Shown in pieces: positions 1 to 11,807 of a stretch of 64,000 nt of DNA. This stretch comes from Tubiluchus corallicola (Eukaryota; Animalia; Priapulida), in the NCBI GenBank assembly GCA_030141605.1, contig JAQGDQ010000761.1:36542-100541 (forward strand), written 5' to 3'. Within the stretch, counting starts at the first letter, position 1. Each line of letters begins with the position of its first letter. Both the position numbers and the translations under genes were made by a program. The notes below the pieces were generated by a model that was given only the letters and a program-made list of their open reading frames with translations, was not told where the DNA came from and did no database searches.

Positions 1-767
1 TTTGAACAGAAATTGCAGCTCAATTGAAGCCCCGCTCTATAGAAGCCAAAGTAAACCGCCGACGCGTGAACTCTATCGACTGCACGAGAAATGCGATTTT
101 TAACTAATCTATGTCGAATTTAAACATGATAAATCATCGTGAACGCTGAAATTACAGTTACCTGATTAAACATAAATCATGTTAATTATTAACCACAGAC
201 ACACAATGCAGGAATTTAATTACAGTGGGGCAAGACAGCATGTGTTATTTATTAGCATTAGATGTAAATCATGTAGATTGCACATAAGAAAAGCATCCAG
301 GATTGACTAAAGAATTTTAACGTTGCTCCATGAATGTCGTGTTTGAAAAAGCATACGAACAGATTAAGTGTCAAACACAAATTCTGGTGGCAACTCAGAG
401 ATTCAAATAGGTTTATTGAATTGAATTGAAGAAAGAATTGAAGGTCAAATTGAAGAAAGCGGCCACCAGGGGATGCCAAAATGCGACTCCTCTACATCAA
501 TACAGAATATAAGTAATCCATACCACATCCAGAGGGTTACTTATATATTTATTGAATAGCATAGGTTGACCCGAGATTGGCTGACCTCTGACCCGGCATC
601 TCTGAGCTCTGAGCTGCGATTTCATTGGAGCGAAATGCATATTTTAGGCAATCAAGCATGGCGAATTCATCGAAGACAATATTAAGAACTTCAGATCCAA
701 GACACACAGGGTTGTGGGCCCGAAGGTGGCATGTTACCAACCAGAAAGACTGCTTGAAAGACTAGCA

Positions 768-1169
768 GTTACGTAACTAGAAAACAAAATTACAAATAAT
801 TTAAAATGTTTTCACCAGTTGGTAAAATGTCGCTGACTCACCCTCCAGGGTGCACCACTCACTAACCAAAAACGCATTTTTAATCCTATTGACAAGATAC
901 AGTAATTTAAAATTTTACTTAGTCAGTGACTTGTGCGCTACGAATGCTCTGATTATTTTCAAACTTTACTCAGTGTTATCTAAACTTGTTTCAAATGACT
1001 TATCGTCAAAATGGCTGCACCTAACAGTCATCGCGGGAGTTTAAATCAACACGTTTTATACGGCGATACTGCCGACGCAAGTCCTGTATATGCAAAAAGG
1101 CAGTAAGTGTGGTATAAAATTTCAAGAAGATTTTTTAAGCTTTATGTAAATGGATGGTTGTCTTGTGCT
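768..1169 (+). mobile_element. Kolobok-like MITE family A, 5'-truncated copy
   Basis: Highly similar to 2135-2931; ends tcttgtgct|ttaa. Confidence 0.75.
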
Positions 1170-1849
1170 TTAAATTTATATGAAGTCAATGACGCGCGCT
1201 TTCTGTAAACTAGAAAGAAACCAGTTGACCTTGAAGCCGTTGGTGTACAATTCTGACATCAGGGTGTCCTTCACGCGTCGTTTATTCGATTCAACAAGTC
1301 AAAATTCAAATATCCCCGCAATTTTCATGCAATAAATGCACACGCAACATGCAAGAACATATCCTTGCTTCATAATACAGGGCACGTGCCCACTGAAGCC
1401 AATTACGTCTTTGTAAATGCAATTCGTTTCGTACTCATAATGATCGTCACTTAGCCTTGTGTGGAAATGGCGACCATTAATAAATAGAAATTTTATTAAT
1501 CTCCCAAAGGACACATTCAGTAAAGGCACCGACCAATATCAAGTGAGCAACTGAAGTGGCGGTGTAAGCCAGCCTTTATAATCGGCTGAAGTGGAAAGTG
1601 ACACCGAGCCAAACTAATAGACAGGCACACAGTGTCTGTACAAGCAGAAGTCAGCAGTGTCAAGCCACGTTACCGCTCAGTCTGCACAAACACGCACAAG
1701 GTTTAATTACTAAAACAGGCTTCGTTGGGAAGCCACACAAATTGCTTTGCATAATAGGCGTTTCCGTGTTACTGTTGCTAATCAGCGAGAGGTGTATCGC
1801 TGATGTCTCTCATACATACATAGTAGGGTAAACAAAATGATAAACTTAA

Positions 1850-2931
1850 AGGACAAGAAAAGGGATACCTGAAGTAGGTTTCAGACAAATCGCCTTAAAA
1901 AATTATATTACCTTATAGCAATCTTATCCGTATATCGTACTCGCACTGAAAGGAATTTTAGTTTGTTTTCATTTTAAATCTCACGCAATATTGTTCCGAA
2001 GTCGCCATTGCATGACGTCATGTACCAAACGTAAATCAAGGGAAGAAAAGGCAATGTTAAATTATGTCTCAAAAGACTTTCCGTGCAAATCTATATTACT
2101 TAGATTTTCACTTACCTACTAGAAGGACTTATGTAACTAGAAAAGAAAATTATTAATAATTTAAAATGTTTTCACCAATTGGTAAAATGTCGTTGACTCA
2201 CCCTCCATGGTGCACTACTCAGTGACAAAAAACGTATTTTTAATCTTATTGACAAGATACAGTAATTTTAAATTTTATTTAGTTAGTGACTTGTGCGCTA
2301 CGAATGCTCTAATTATTTTTTTCAAACTTTACACCATGTTATCTAAACTTGTTTCAAATGACCTGTCGTGAAAATGGCTGCGTCTAACGGTCATCGCGGG
2401 TGTGAAAATTTACATGTTTTACACAAAGTGACTGCCGATTGAAGTCCTGCACGCAAAAAGGCAGTATGTACAGGGCCTATTTCAGCCTAGGCGAGGCCCG
2501 GGGAAGTGGGGCATATGAGGCCCCATCTGGAAGCGCCGGGGAGCGGGCACTACCATGTTTGGCACCCAGAAAATTTTTGAACTGCTAGAACGTTGGAGAA
2601 GCATTTTCGAAGAGAAAATATGGAGTTATACAGTTGTTAAAGGAAAGAATAATTGAAAGAAAAACTGCTTTATTCTCAAGACCAGTCCTTAATACTTGTC
2701 AATACTGGCAAACGGCGTGCGTGCGGCAAGAGAGAGAGGGGGAGAGAGATGAGGCAATATGTTCGCATAAAGCAAAGAAATGATACCTTGGCGCGAGGCC
2801 CCCTGGAGGGTGAGGCCCCGGGGAAGTATCCCCACTCCCCCCCCCTTGAAATAGGCCCTGAGTATGTAAGCGATATAAAATTTCAAAAAGAATTTTCTAA
2901 GCTTTATGTTTATGAAGGATTTTCTTTTGCT
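1850..2931 (+). mobile_element. Kolobok-like MITE family A, interrupted by a hAT MITE
   Basis: ttaa|AGGACAAGAAAA...TTTTCTTTTGCT|ttaa: TTAA target site and AG..CT termini; five copies plus a fragment (~14985-15057) in the window. Confidence 0.8.
2471..2860. mobile_element. hAT-like MITE nested in family A
   Basis: 14-bp TIR cagggcctatttca/tgaaataggccctg, perfect 8-bp TSD agtatgta, subterminal gaggccc repeats. Confidence 0.88.
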
Positions 2932-2972
2932 TTAAGCATAATTGACGTCAAGCATAGGGGTCTATCGCTACG

Positions 2973-3045
2973 CCTCCACTGTGACGTCACACGACCAACC
3001 TCCACTGTGACGTCAGCACGACCAGCCTCCACTGTGACGTCAGCA
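2973..3045. repeat. Three ~26-27 bp tandem units cctccactgtgacgtca..
   Basis: Direct repeats, each containing the palindrome TGACGTCA. Confidence 0.75.
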
Positions 3046-3603
3046 TTCGAGAACTACTGTTTTTAGGAAACAAAGCGACAACTAATGTCTAATCAGCAGA
3101 TAAACTGATTGAGCTTTTTTCACACACACAAATTTGCAGAACAGCAGTTATTTTTACACGAAATTAACACTTCAAGTAGGCAAAAAATGACTTTTCAATT
3201 TAAACAGATTACAGAGACGAAGTTTCAAAGCACTACAAAATACAATGACGTAAGCATTATTATAAAGAAGCTAAGCCAGTTAGCCTTGCTCTAAGATAGA
3301 TAAGCAACAAAAAGATTAAGCTCCTCTTGCCTTTGAACATAGGAACACCTCATGCCTGCGATGTATCGTTTCTGTACTTAGCTGATCATGTGCTCGTCTG
3401 CAAGATTTACCCAGTTTTTCTATATTTCCTTTGTCAGGCTACAGAAATGGAATAAATTTGATTGTTCCGTTCCATAGACTGCCCGAGTTACATAAGTCCC
3501 CATGGCATCTTTTAACCATGATCATAACCAGAAAAATAGCATAAAATTAACTAATATTGCGTGCGTAATTGCACATGTCAAAACACGATTGATATTTTCA
3601 GAT

Positions 3604-3980
3604 AATTATCCCTGATTAGATAGATCCCGGTCCTACCACACCCACCTATATTACTTCATAATTACTACGCCCTGTTGTTGAGTGCACAGTCCCGGCCGGT
3701 TGAATTATCCCTGATTAGATAGATCCCGGTCCTTTCACACCCACTTATATTATTACATAATTACTACGCCCTGTTGTTGAGTGCACAGTCCCAGCCGGTT
3801 GAATTATCCCTGACTAGATAGATCCCAGTCCTTCCACACCCACTTATATTATTTCATAATTACTACGCCCTGTTGTTGAGTGCACAGTCCCAGCCGGTTG
3901 AATTATCCCTAATTAGATAGATCCCTGTCCTACCACACCCACTTATATTATTTCATAATTACTATGCCCTGTTGTTGAGT
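3604..3980. repeat. 99-bp minisatellite, ~3.8 copies
   Basis: aattatccct recurs at 3604, 3703, 3802 and 3901. Confidence 0.92.
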
Positions 3981-4021
3981 CCAAATTCTATGTGACAAAT
4001 TCTATGATTGACGTGTGTAAA

Positions 4022-4656
4022 AGCACAAGAAAACCCTCCACTTACACAAAGCTTAAAAAATTCGTCTCGAATTCTTATACACTCACATACCGTCTTTTTA
4101 TACAGGGCTTGCGTCGACATTAACGCTGTATAAAACTTGTAAACTTGAACTCCTGCGATGACCATTTTAATGGTAGGTCGTTTGAAACAAGTTTAGATAA
4201 CATTGCGTAGCATCTGACAGAGGATGCGTAACACACTCTTCATTAAGTAAAATTTTAAATTACTGTATTTTGTCAATAAGATTAAAAATACGTTTTTGGT
4301 TAGTGAGTGCTGCACCCTGGAGGGTGAGTCAGCGACATTTTACAAATTGGCACGAACGTTTTAAATTATAATTTCTATTTATATTTGCAGCAGGTAAGCG
4401 AAATGATAAGTGATACAGATTTGCATGGAAAGTTTTTTGGGACATGGTTTAACATTTCCTTTTCTTCCCCTGATTTACAATGTGTGTATATGACGTCATG
4501 TAATGGTGCAGTATGAACAGTATTGCGGGGGGTTCAAAATGAAAGCAAACAAAAATCCTTTCAACGCAAGTACGATATACGCATAAAATTGCCATGAAGT
4601 AATATATTAAGGCGATTTTTCTGAAAACCTACTTCAGGTACCCATTTTCTTGTCCT
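4022..4656 (-). mobile_element. Kolobok-like MITE family A, inverted copy
   Basis: Reverse complement of family A; ends ttttcttgtcct|ttaa. Confidence 0.8.
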
Positions 4657-5033
4657 TTAAACTTTAAACCGATTAATCCAAGACAGTGGTAATCGTGCAA
4701 GTGTGAATCGAGCCTTGGACTTTGCTAAACATATTGCAAACGTGTGAATAATGTTTTCAAGCAAAAACCCAAGCTGCCAACCTGTGCTATATATACTGTA
4801 AACGCATTTTAAGCAATTGTAAAACTTCAGAATTTCCGTTGTCAGTTCGTATTCTCGCCTTCTACACATGGCGACACATGCTCAGACGTTTTGGCAAAAC
4901 TGCACACTTTAGCCAATGTGTATCCCGGCTGGCGCAAACATGCACTATGCTCTAATGTAGCAAATGCAGAGAGTTCATGCAAGAATGTCGCTACGTACAC
5001 GCGAACATGTCTTAAGGTTTGCCTCTTGAGTTA

Positions 5034-5564
5034 GGGTGCGTTCACATGTATGCGGAATCTTTTTAAATACGCTAGTCAAACAAATATATTTGTTTGTGGA
5101 TAGCGTTTGTCAGAAAATGTGCAGCTGGATGCGACAATGGACAGGCCAATTTTGCACAGCAAAGAGTAGGCTTCGCCAATTCCAGACCATACATGTGCAA
5201 TTGCCGCACAATCGAATGCACGCGTGTATTTCTCATTGTCTGACTAGTCCTTCATCTTAACAATTCCAAAGCAAAGGAGAACATTTCCAATTTGGCATCA
5301 AAGATTATTATGTACACAACAAAGCTCAGCATATCACAGTCATGTAAGTCAATGTGAACACAGCCTAAGCTTTAGCACATATCATAATCAAGCATGTCAT
5401 TGGTGTACACGAGTGACAGTGCAAGTATACCCCAAGCTTTAGATCATTAAAGCCACGTGAGTTACTGTCACATGCATGTGAATTTACTCTACGAAATACC
5501 GTGTTGAAACCATGCGAGTCGAGCGGCTCTGTCAGATTACCACTGCATACGTGTGAACGCACCC
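5034..5564. mobile_element. PIF/Harbinger-like MITE
   Basis: TIR gggtgcgttcacatgtatgc / gcatacgtgtgaacgcaccc flanked by tta/taa. Confidence 0.78.
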
Positions 5565-7369
5565 TAAGCTTTAAACCACTGAAGGTCACTCATCAAGTAT
5601 AATCCTAATCTAGTACGTAGCCTGAAAACTATGGTTACCCAGTATAATACACGTCAGATAATGCTTGCATAAAAACCTTTTACCGTGTAGAGGAAACCAT
5701 GTTTGTTTCACCTTCAGGTATAGGTCATAACGGTTACACAGAATTTCACATGTCTGGTAACATAGCGCAGAGATTTCAACTCTCCAGCTTCTAATCCAAC
5801 ACAATCATTACACGCTCTTTCCAACAAACCACAAATCACGCGTCAAGAACTCGTTGAAAACACAAGCGAGTCGAAAACGCTCTAAATCAAATCTGCTTTG
5901 TACGCATGTCAAGCATTCGCGCATGCGCACTGCTGTCTGTGAATATGAAAACCATGTGTAAGACTGCACTACTATGAAACTACCACTACAATTACTTAAA
6001 AATCCCAAATTAATGCCAGCACTTGGAAATACAAACTTTCATTCTCACGTAAAAGTATATTTAAACACATCAGACATATTTGTTATCCACTTCAGCATGA
6101 AAAAAATGACAATATAATTTAGCTATTATTCCAGAACGATTATGTACAATGCAATTAGAGATACAAAATGCCTTGCAAATAAACGACACAATTCTTCAGC
6201 TACCAGAAATAGGTGCTGCATAGCGGTTACGAAACTAGGCTTGTAAACCCGCCATGAAAATTGGGAAAAAGTTGATGAGTTCTTAAAAGAGAAGGAATTT
6301 ATAGAAAAATAGAGATTGACAATGACAGAGTAATAGGCCAAGGATGGAGAAAAAGGGAAGATAAGCGAAATGGAAAGGAGTTGAGCAGAGATATAGGATG
6401 TAAAAGCATTAAAATATGATCAGTAAAGTAACCAGTCGCGGGATGTACTATAACTATTGTAGTTCATAATAAAACTCAAAAAATGTGTTGTAAATACGAT
6501 TATAATAAGGGAGATTTCATATATATTTTGAAGCTATATAATGTTCGCTGTGTGGTAGTATGTGTTGATATTCCTAGATTTGAAACAAAGTGTCTAGCAA
6601 CACTGGTCCTGTAAAATGGAATATTATATTCATTAAAACTTGTGACGTGTCTCTATGATTACGTACGACAGCTCTTGTCGGATGACTACTTGTTTTTGTT
6701 TTCGATAGATGGCGCCATTGTTTTGCGGCATTGTGTGTACGTACTACATCAGTAATGTCATCTTTTTTTATAAAAGCACTACAGTATTTATGGTTACGTA
6801 CGACAGGATTTAAAAAAACGGGTTTTCGTCTAATTTTACCGGTAAAGTTACAAAACTGAGATGGTCAAAGCCACTGAAAATAGCTCATAATAAGTATCAA
6901 TGAATACCGAAATTTTAGTGACTGTACCAGTACTACAGCGCAGAGCTTAGGAGTTACTTATTTGACCTAATTAACTCTGCTAAAATTTTCGTTAAATGCA
7001 CGCTATTCAAAATTAAACGTGGCTAGCCAATTATTATCATTGGATGTCGCTAGTAATGTCCAGGCTTTATTAGCACACACTAATTAATGATATAAGATAA
7101 TAGTGCACGAAGCTATTAATTACCGGCAGCTTCCGAAAGTCCACAAGAAGATGCGTCGTTTGCACCTCATTACTTTCAAGTCAACATGTAGATTAATGAC
7201 TGTAAAACTTCACATCATATCCATAGAACTAATACGGGTAATGATGACACAGTAAACATGACACTACGTGGGACGTTCACGCTTGCTCGACATTTGTGTA
7301 CTGCATTTCTGTGTGCGTCGGCACAGCCTTCTTAACTACAATTGTCAGATGGCGTGTGTGGATCCAGCA

Positions 7370-7640
7370 ACTCAGTTCAGTAACTTCAGTTGTGGTGCCA
7401 TTTCCTCGTTGTTTTACGTGGACTTTACTCAATTATGCATCAGTTTATCCGTAAAGTAATCTACTAGCAGGATCTTGCTTGGGAACAAGAAAAAATGAAC
7501 TAGGTAAGGTTCTAGGTAACTGTTAAAACATTTTCCTATTACAATAGCATGGGCTGTGAGGCGTTGTCAGGTGTACAGAAATACGTCATCTGGTACACTT
7601 AATCGTTGACCTTTTCACGATCATCGTCAATCGCTACAAC
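7370..7640. repeat. Unclassified interspersed repeat (second copy ~33780-34350 with internal tandem duplications)
   Basis: Shared cagttcagtaacttcagttg..ctagcaggatcttgctt..gatcatcgtcaatcgct. Confidence 0.7.
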
Positions 7641-8215
7641 AGTGAAAAGTTGTCTATTACTGAAACAAGTGTGTTATCTAATAACACAGCACAATAACAA
7701 ATGAATGGAGCAATCACAGTTAAGCAAACGTAATTCACACTCAACGTACAGTAAGTGCAAGAACTGAACTTTTTGTTAACGTCCCAATAAATCACTTTTA
7801 TGATGAAGACACCTCACTCGTGTACAGGGGAAAAGTTTGATAAGCAAACCGAGCATCATATTTTCACATGACAGTGATGACAGCACATTGCCTATTACCC
7901 TAGGTAATCCTCACTCATAATGAATGTCTTCTAGTAAATGTCAAAGCAATAAAGGGTTCACCCAGTCTAGTAACTGCATTGTTATTACAGATTTTATAGG
8001 TAATTATGCAATATCAATGATTTTTAATCCATGTCCATTTTACATCCTTTTAGAGATTGATTTAGTTGCAAATTAGGGGCAATTCTGCATATCATCTTTT
8101 TTATAGTAGAATATACTGTCACAAGGCCCAAAATTGGAATTTTATTTATAATTTGCTATTAGGACCACAAAAAACAGGTGACATCGAGAGAAAGAACAAA
8201 GATACAGAGGGGAAA

Positions 8216-8217
<2 letters not shown>

Positions 8218-8259
<42 letters not shown>

Positions 8260-8260
8260 A

Positions 8261-8322
<62 letters not shown>
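8218..8322. repeat. (GA)n microsatellite just downstream of the GEMIN4 stop
   Basis: Directly visible. Confidence 0.97.
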
Positions 8323-8326
<4 letters not shown>

Positions 8327-8640
8327 TCAAGCTAGCCTGCTATAAACAAAAATCAACAGTAAGCGATTGTGTTGTGCAGTTACTATTAACAAAGCAATAA
8401 TTATCACCATAATCATATAAGGATACATGCAAGGTCACTTTCCTTTAAAAATGAAATTTAAATCAGGAAAGTCTATATGCATTTACAACTGAACTAGCAA
8501 TAATATACACATGTATGTAAGATCATGAAACCTGATATGTAACATAATAAACAACAGGTTGTTTTTCATTGCAGTACTACTTTAAAATGAGTAACACAAA
8601 CTGACCAAGCAAAACGTCGCACAATGCCACAGTATATATA

Positions 8641-11600
8641 CTACTCTTCCATAACATGCAATATTGTCTGAAATAACTCTGTAGTACAGATAGTTTTCAA
8701 CACGGCTCTCATATTGTCATCAAATGGAACAGATTTCAACGTATTTGTGATCAAAACTAGCAGTCCCTCTGCAGCCGAAAGAGGAGGAACCAGGCTGCCA
8801 ATCCTGCACAAATGGCACACAAGCTGGCTTTTGACAAACACGTTCATTTCATTCATTTCTGTTAGAAGCTGAGAATTTATCGTGGCAATTAAACTGCTAA
8901 GAAAGTATTGCCACATTTCAGCTTGTCCAAATAAATCAGTTTTGTGCAAGCTAAGCACCTGAACAACATCTCCTAATGTTTGTATAGTGACCAACAAAGG
9001 AAGTGTGGCATTTAGGTCTTCGGGTAGAAACTTGTGCGTAAATGTTGACCTGTATGGAAAGCTTGACTGCGATGATTTTAACAAGTTGAGCACGCCGGTG
9101 ACCACACGATTCCATTGGCTGGGCAAGCAAGATGGTAAGACCATGGTCAAAGACAGAACAAACTCGGAATAATCAATGCCTTCAGTTAAATGCAGATTCT
9201 CGCACAAATGATGCAGTTTACGCGGACAAGATCGTAGAAAAGTCCACAAATGCGACATGTGATGAGCGCCATAACTCACGTCAACATCAGCAAAATCAAA
9301 GTGCTCCTCTAACTGCGATACCATCACTCTTAAGCAGTTTGGCAGTCGTATCCTGTATTGCAGACGTGGATGAGAACAACAAAAATTGTGGAGAAGCAGC
9401 TGCGTAGAAAAATCATACTGCTGAAGGTATTCAAAACACCAAATGAGTTGCACTTCTGAAAAACTTGTTATTGCTGCCGTGCAAACTCCCTCAATCAAGG
9501 TGATCACGTCAGATAAAGATTCCTTCATGGAAAAGTACAGGCTTGGCTCATTTAGAATTGAATCAGTTGCGTCATACATGTTGCAGAGATGCAAAAGAAG
9601 AGGCAGAGGATTGCAAGAAAGAAGCCAGTGAGAATCAACATGACTTTTTTGCTTCCTCCAACCGGATAAACTCGCCTTTAGCAACTCCAGGCTGTGTTCA
9701 CACTGCCGAGATCTGATGCTCAGATTAGGTAAAATAAACCTTGTGATAAGTACAGGATAAGAAATCAATTGGTCCATTAAAAACGGACATTGCGGATCTA
9801 CATGGCTGCAATAATCACTTAGTAATTTCTCAAACAATTTCAAGAAATTTTGTTTCTGCAAAGAACTGAGTTTCCTGCTGCAATCCAAGAGAGCTTGAAC
9901 CACCAAACTGTTGCCACCTTCTGTCTCCATGGTGGCAGCACAGCCGAGACTTTGCAAAAGTTCGGAAATTAGTTGTGTAAAGCCGGCATTGCAGACAGCA
10001 TGATTCACAGCACTACAGATCACTGCAGCTGGATTCTGCAAGCATAACAAATGCACATCCTCAAATAGTGTCAACTGTGTCAACTTGTTGTCATCAACAC
10101 TGGCAGAAAGTTTGTTGAAGAATAATGTCCTCTTTTGATTGAAATCAGCTTGTGCTAACCAGTCACTACTGCCGTACATTTTGAGGCTGTGTTCTAACAA
10201 CCTGTTCTTAGCGTAGAGAGGTGAAACGTCATAAGCACAAAGAAGAAGGTGCTTATGTCGCTCCGACAAACAGTCGCTCTCATTCATAGTCCAGAACGTG
10301 TGTAAGAGCAACTTCATATTACTTGTGCTGGCAACTACATCAACGGTTGCTTCTAGAATGTTTAAGCAGTGCACAGCATTTAACAAATCTACGTCCGTAA
10401 TGATTCTAGTTACGTTTCTTTCATAACCAGATAACCGCTCACGGATTCTAAAAAGAGCATCATCTAATGAGAACGCATCTGTTTCGTTTCCTGCATCCAC
10501 AGTTTCAACTGCAACTTCAATACCGTTTTTCTCAAAGAAGTACCAACATTGCGAAATGATCTCTTGTATTTTGATTTGGATCTCCATAACTACGTTCTCA
10601 TTTTTTGCTACAGCATCAAGAGCATGGATCAGTTTCCTCACAATCCTGCTGATCTTTCCAATATCTTTTACACTGTCTAACAGGTTTGCTTCGCACAGAA
10701 GATAATGCACGAGTTTAAGTAATGAAGATAAATCAACAACATTTCGGGCATTCTTCATTTTCTGCTCAGAAACATTTGACTTTAGCTGGCGTACACGGGC
10801 AGCCACTGTAAAAAGCTGCTTCTCTGGGTCGTCCAAATGAAAATCAGCATCAAAAACGTTCCGCAGTTGGTGACATCTGTCGAGCACAACTTGCGAGGAA
10901 GATGTAAGCAGATCTGAATCAGAAAACTCAGCAGCAGTAACAAACAGAGACAACTTAGAAATTGCCAGACTTAACAGCTCTGCTGCAGCATCAACACTGG
11001 CATTCACTGCACTGCGAGCTTCAAAACGTTGCACTAATACTGTTAGCAGGTCAGAAAAATTGCGAGAAGTATCTGCTTTTATAATTTCAGTTTCACTAGC
11101 ATTTAAATTTTCCATTTCAGCAAATGGCAAAGTTTGGACTGTGGTAACATTTAACAAACTGCAAATAAGTTGTCCCAAAAAATTGGTACTTGTAATCATC
11201 TCGCTCCTTGATGCAAAATAATGATCTAATTCCGAGATAACTGCTGACCTAATTAAAGCAGACACATCCAGCAAACACTCCAACAACAAATGCACCCAGT
11301 CACATCGATGCACTATCTCAAAATAAAACGAGCTGCTAAACTTTGGCATGTTTCTATTAAACTTTTCACAGAATACCTCATTAGCAAGGTGATCGAAGGT
11401 TTTGTAGAAGAGAAGCGAATGCAGTTGAAAGGCAAGAAAACGAGATTTTTCCTCTCCTATGTCTTCTTCTAGTCCTCTGCATATCTCTTTAATGCTGTCA
11501 ACAACAACTTTAACAGCATCTTGAAAGTTGACATTGCCAATCTTTGCAGTTCCGCCACCTTCATCTTCAGTATAATCGTCCTCAGCTTCCAAAGTGGGTT

Positions 11601-11691
11601 TTACGAGCGAATAAGCATAGTGAACTGCGCAGTCAAAAACAGCAAGCTCGGGTGTATGCAGTTTCAGCCTTTGTATGGGAGCCCATGTGTG
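8641..11691 (-). CDS. GEMIN4: Gem-associated protein 4 (SMN complex), main coding exon; the start codon must come from an upstream exon
   Basis: The frame stays open 33 codons upstream of the track's TTG (11592), up to a pyrimidine-rich acceptor tatttttag|CAC at 11691 (phase 0). Blocks match human GEMIN4 as recalled: HLLLCAYDVSPLYAKNRLL vs HLILECYADLSLPGKNKVL; HWLLSCNPLPLLLHLC vs YWLQTCSPFPLLFSLC; LTMVLPSCLPSQWNRV vs LVQVMPWCSPQEWQRL. Length (~1017 codons) and the near single-exon layout also fit. Confidence 0.88.
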   Translation of the reverse strand, partial: HTWAPIQRLKLHTPELAVFDCAVHYAYSLVKPTLEAEDDYTEDEGGGTAKIGNVNFQDAVKVVVDSIKEICRGLEEDIGEEKSRFLAFQLHSLLFYKTFDHLANEVFCEKFNRNMPKFSSSFYFEIVHRCDWVHLLLECLLDVSALIRSAVISELDHYFASRSEMITSTNFLGQLICSLLNVTTVQTLPFAEMENLNASETEIIKADTSRNFSDLLTVLVQRFEARSAVNASVDAAAELLSLAISKLSLFVTAAEFSDSDLLTSSSQVVLDRCHQLRNVFDADFHLDDPEKQLFTVAARVRQLKSNVSEQKMKNARNVVDLSSLLKLVHYLLCEANLLDSVKDIGKISRIVRKLIHALDAVAKNENVVMEIQIKIQEIISQCWYFFEKNGIEVAVETVDAGNETDAFSLDDALFRIRERLSGYERNVTRIITDVDLLNAVHCLNILEATVDVVASTSNMKLLLHTFWTMNESDCLSERHKHLLLCAYDVSPLYAKNRLLEHSLKMYGSSDWLAQADFNQKRTLFFNKLSASVDDNKLTQLTLFEDVHLLCLQNPAAVICSAVNHAVCNAGFTQLISELLQSLGCAATMETEGGNSLVVQALLDCSRKLSSLQKQNFLKLFEKLLSDYCSHVDPQCPFLMDQLISYPVLITRFILPNLSIRSRQCEHSLELLKASLSGWRKQKSHVDSHWLLSCNPLPLLLHLCNMYDATDSILNEPSLYFSMKESLSDVITLIEGVCTAAITSFSEVQLIWCFEYLQQYDFSTQLLLHNFCCSHPRLQYRIRLPNCLRVMVSQLEEHFDFADVDVSYGAHHMSHLWTFLRSCPRKLHHLCENLHLTEGIDYSEFVLSLTMVLPSCLPSQWNRVVTGVLNLLKSSQSSFPYRSTFTHKFLPEDLNATLPLLVTIQTLGDVVQVLSLHKTDLFGQAEMWQYFLSSLIATINSQLLTEMNEMNVFVKSQLVCHLCRIGSLVPPLSAAEGLLVLITNTLKSVPFDDNMRAVLKTICTTELFQTILHVMEE

Positions 11692-11804
11692 CTAAAAATA
11701 AGCGGGAGTTTGTAAGGAAAAACGAAAAAAAAATCAAAATGCGGAGTTGAATACTTATATTTAAGTACAATAAAATGCATTGAAGGAAAGGACAAGTCAT
11801 TTAC

Positions 11805-11807
11805 CAT
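11805..11807 (-). CDS. GEMIN4: Candidate ATG-only first coding exon for GEMIN4
   Basis: The minus strand reads ccaacATG|gtaaat. A 113-nt GT-AG intron (11692-11804) would join this ATG in frame to the large exon. The alternative is splicing from clathrin exon 1. Confidence 0.45.

Noticed and set aside
2653-3066. 137-aa ORF
   Set aside because: Crosses the junctions of three unrelated repeats; no recognisable domain.
11590-11592. TTG start for the 983-aa ORF
   Set aside because: ORF-finder artefact; the frame and GEMIN4 similarity extend upstream to a splice acceptor at 11691.
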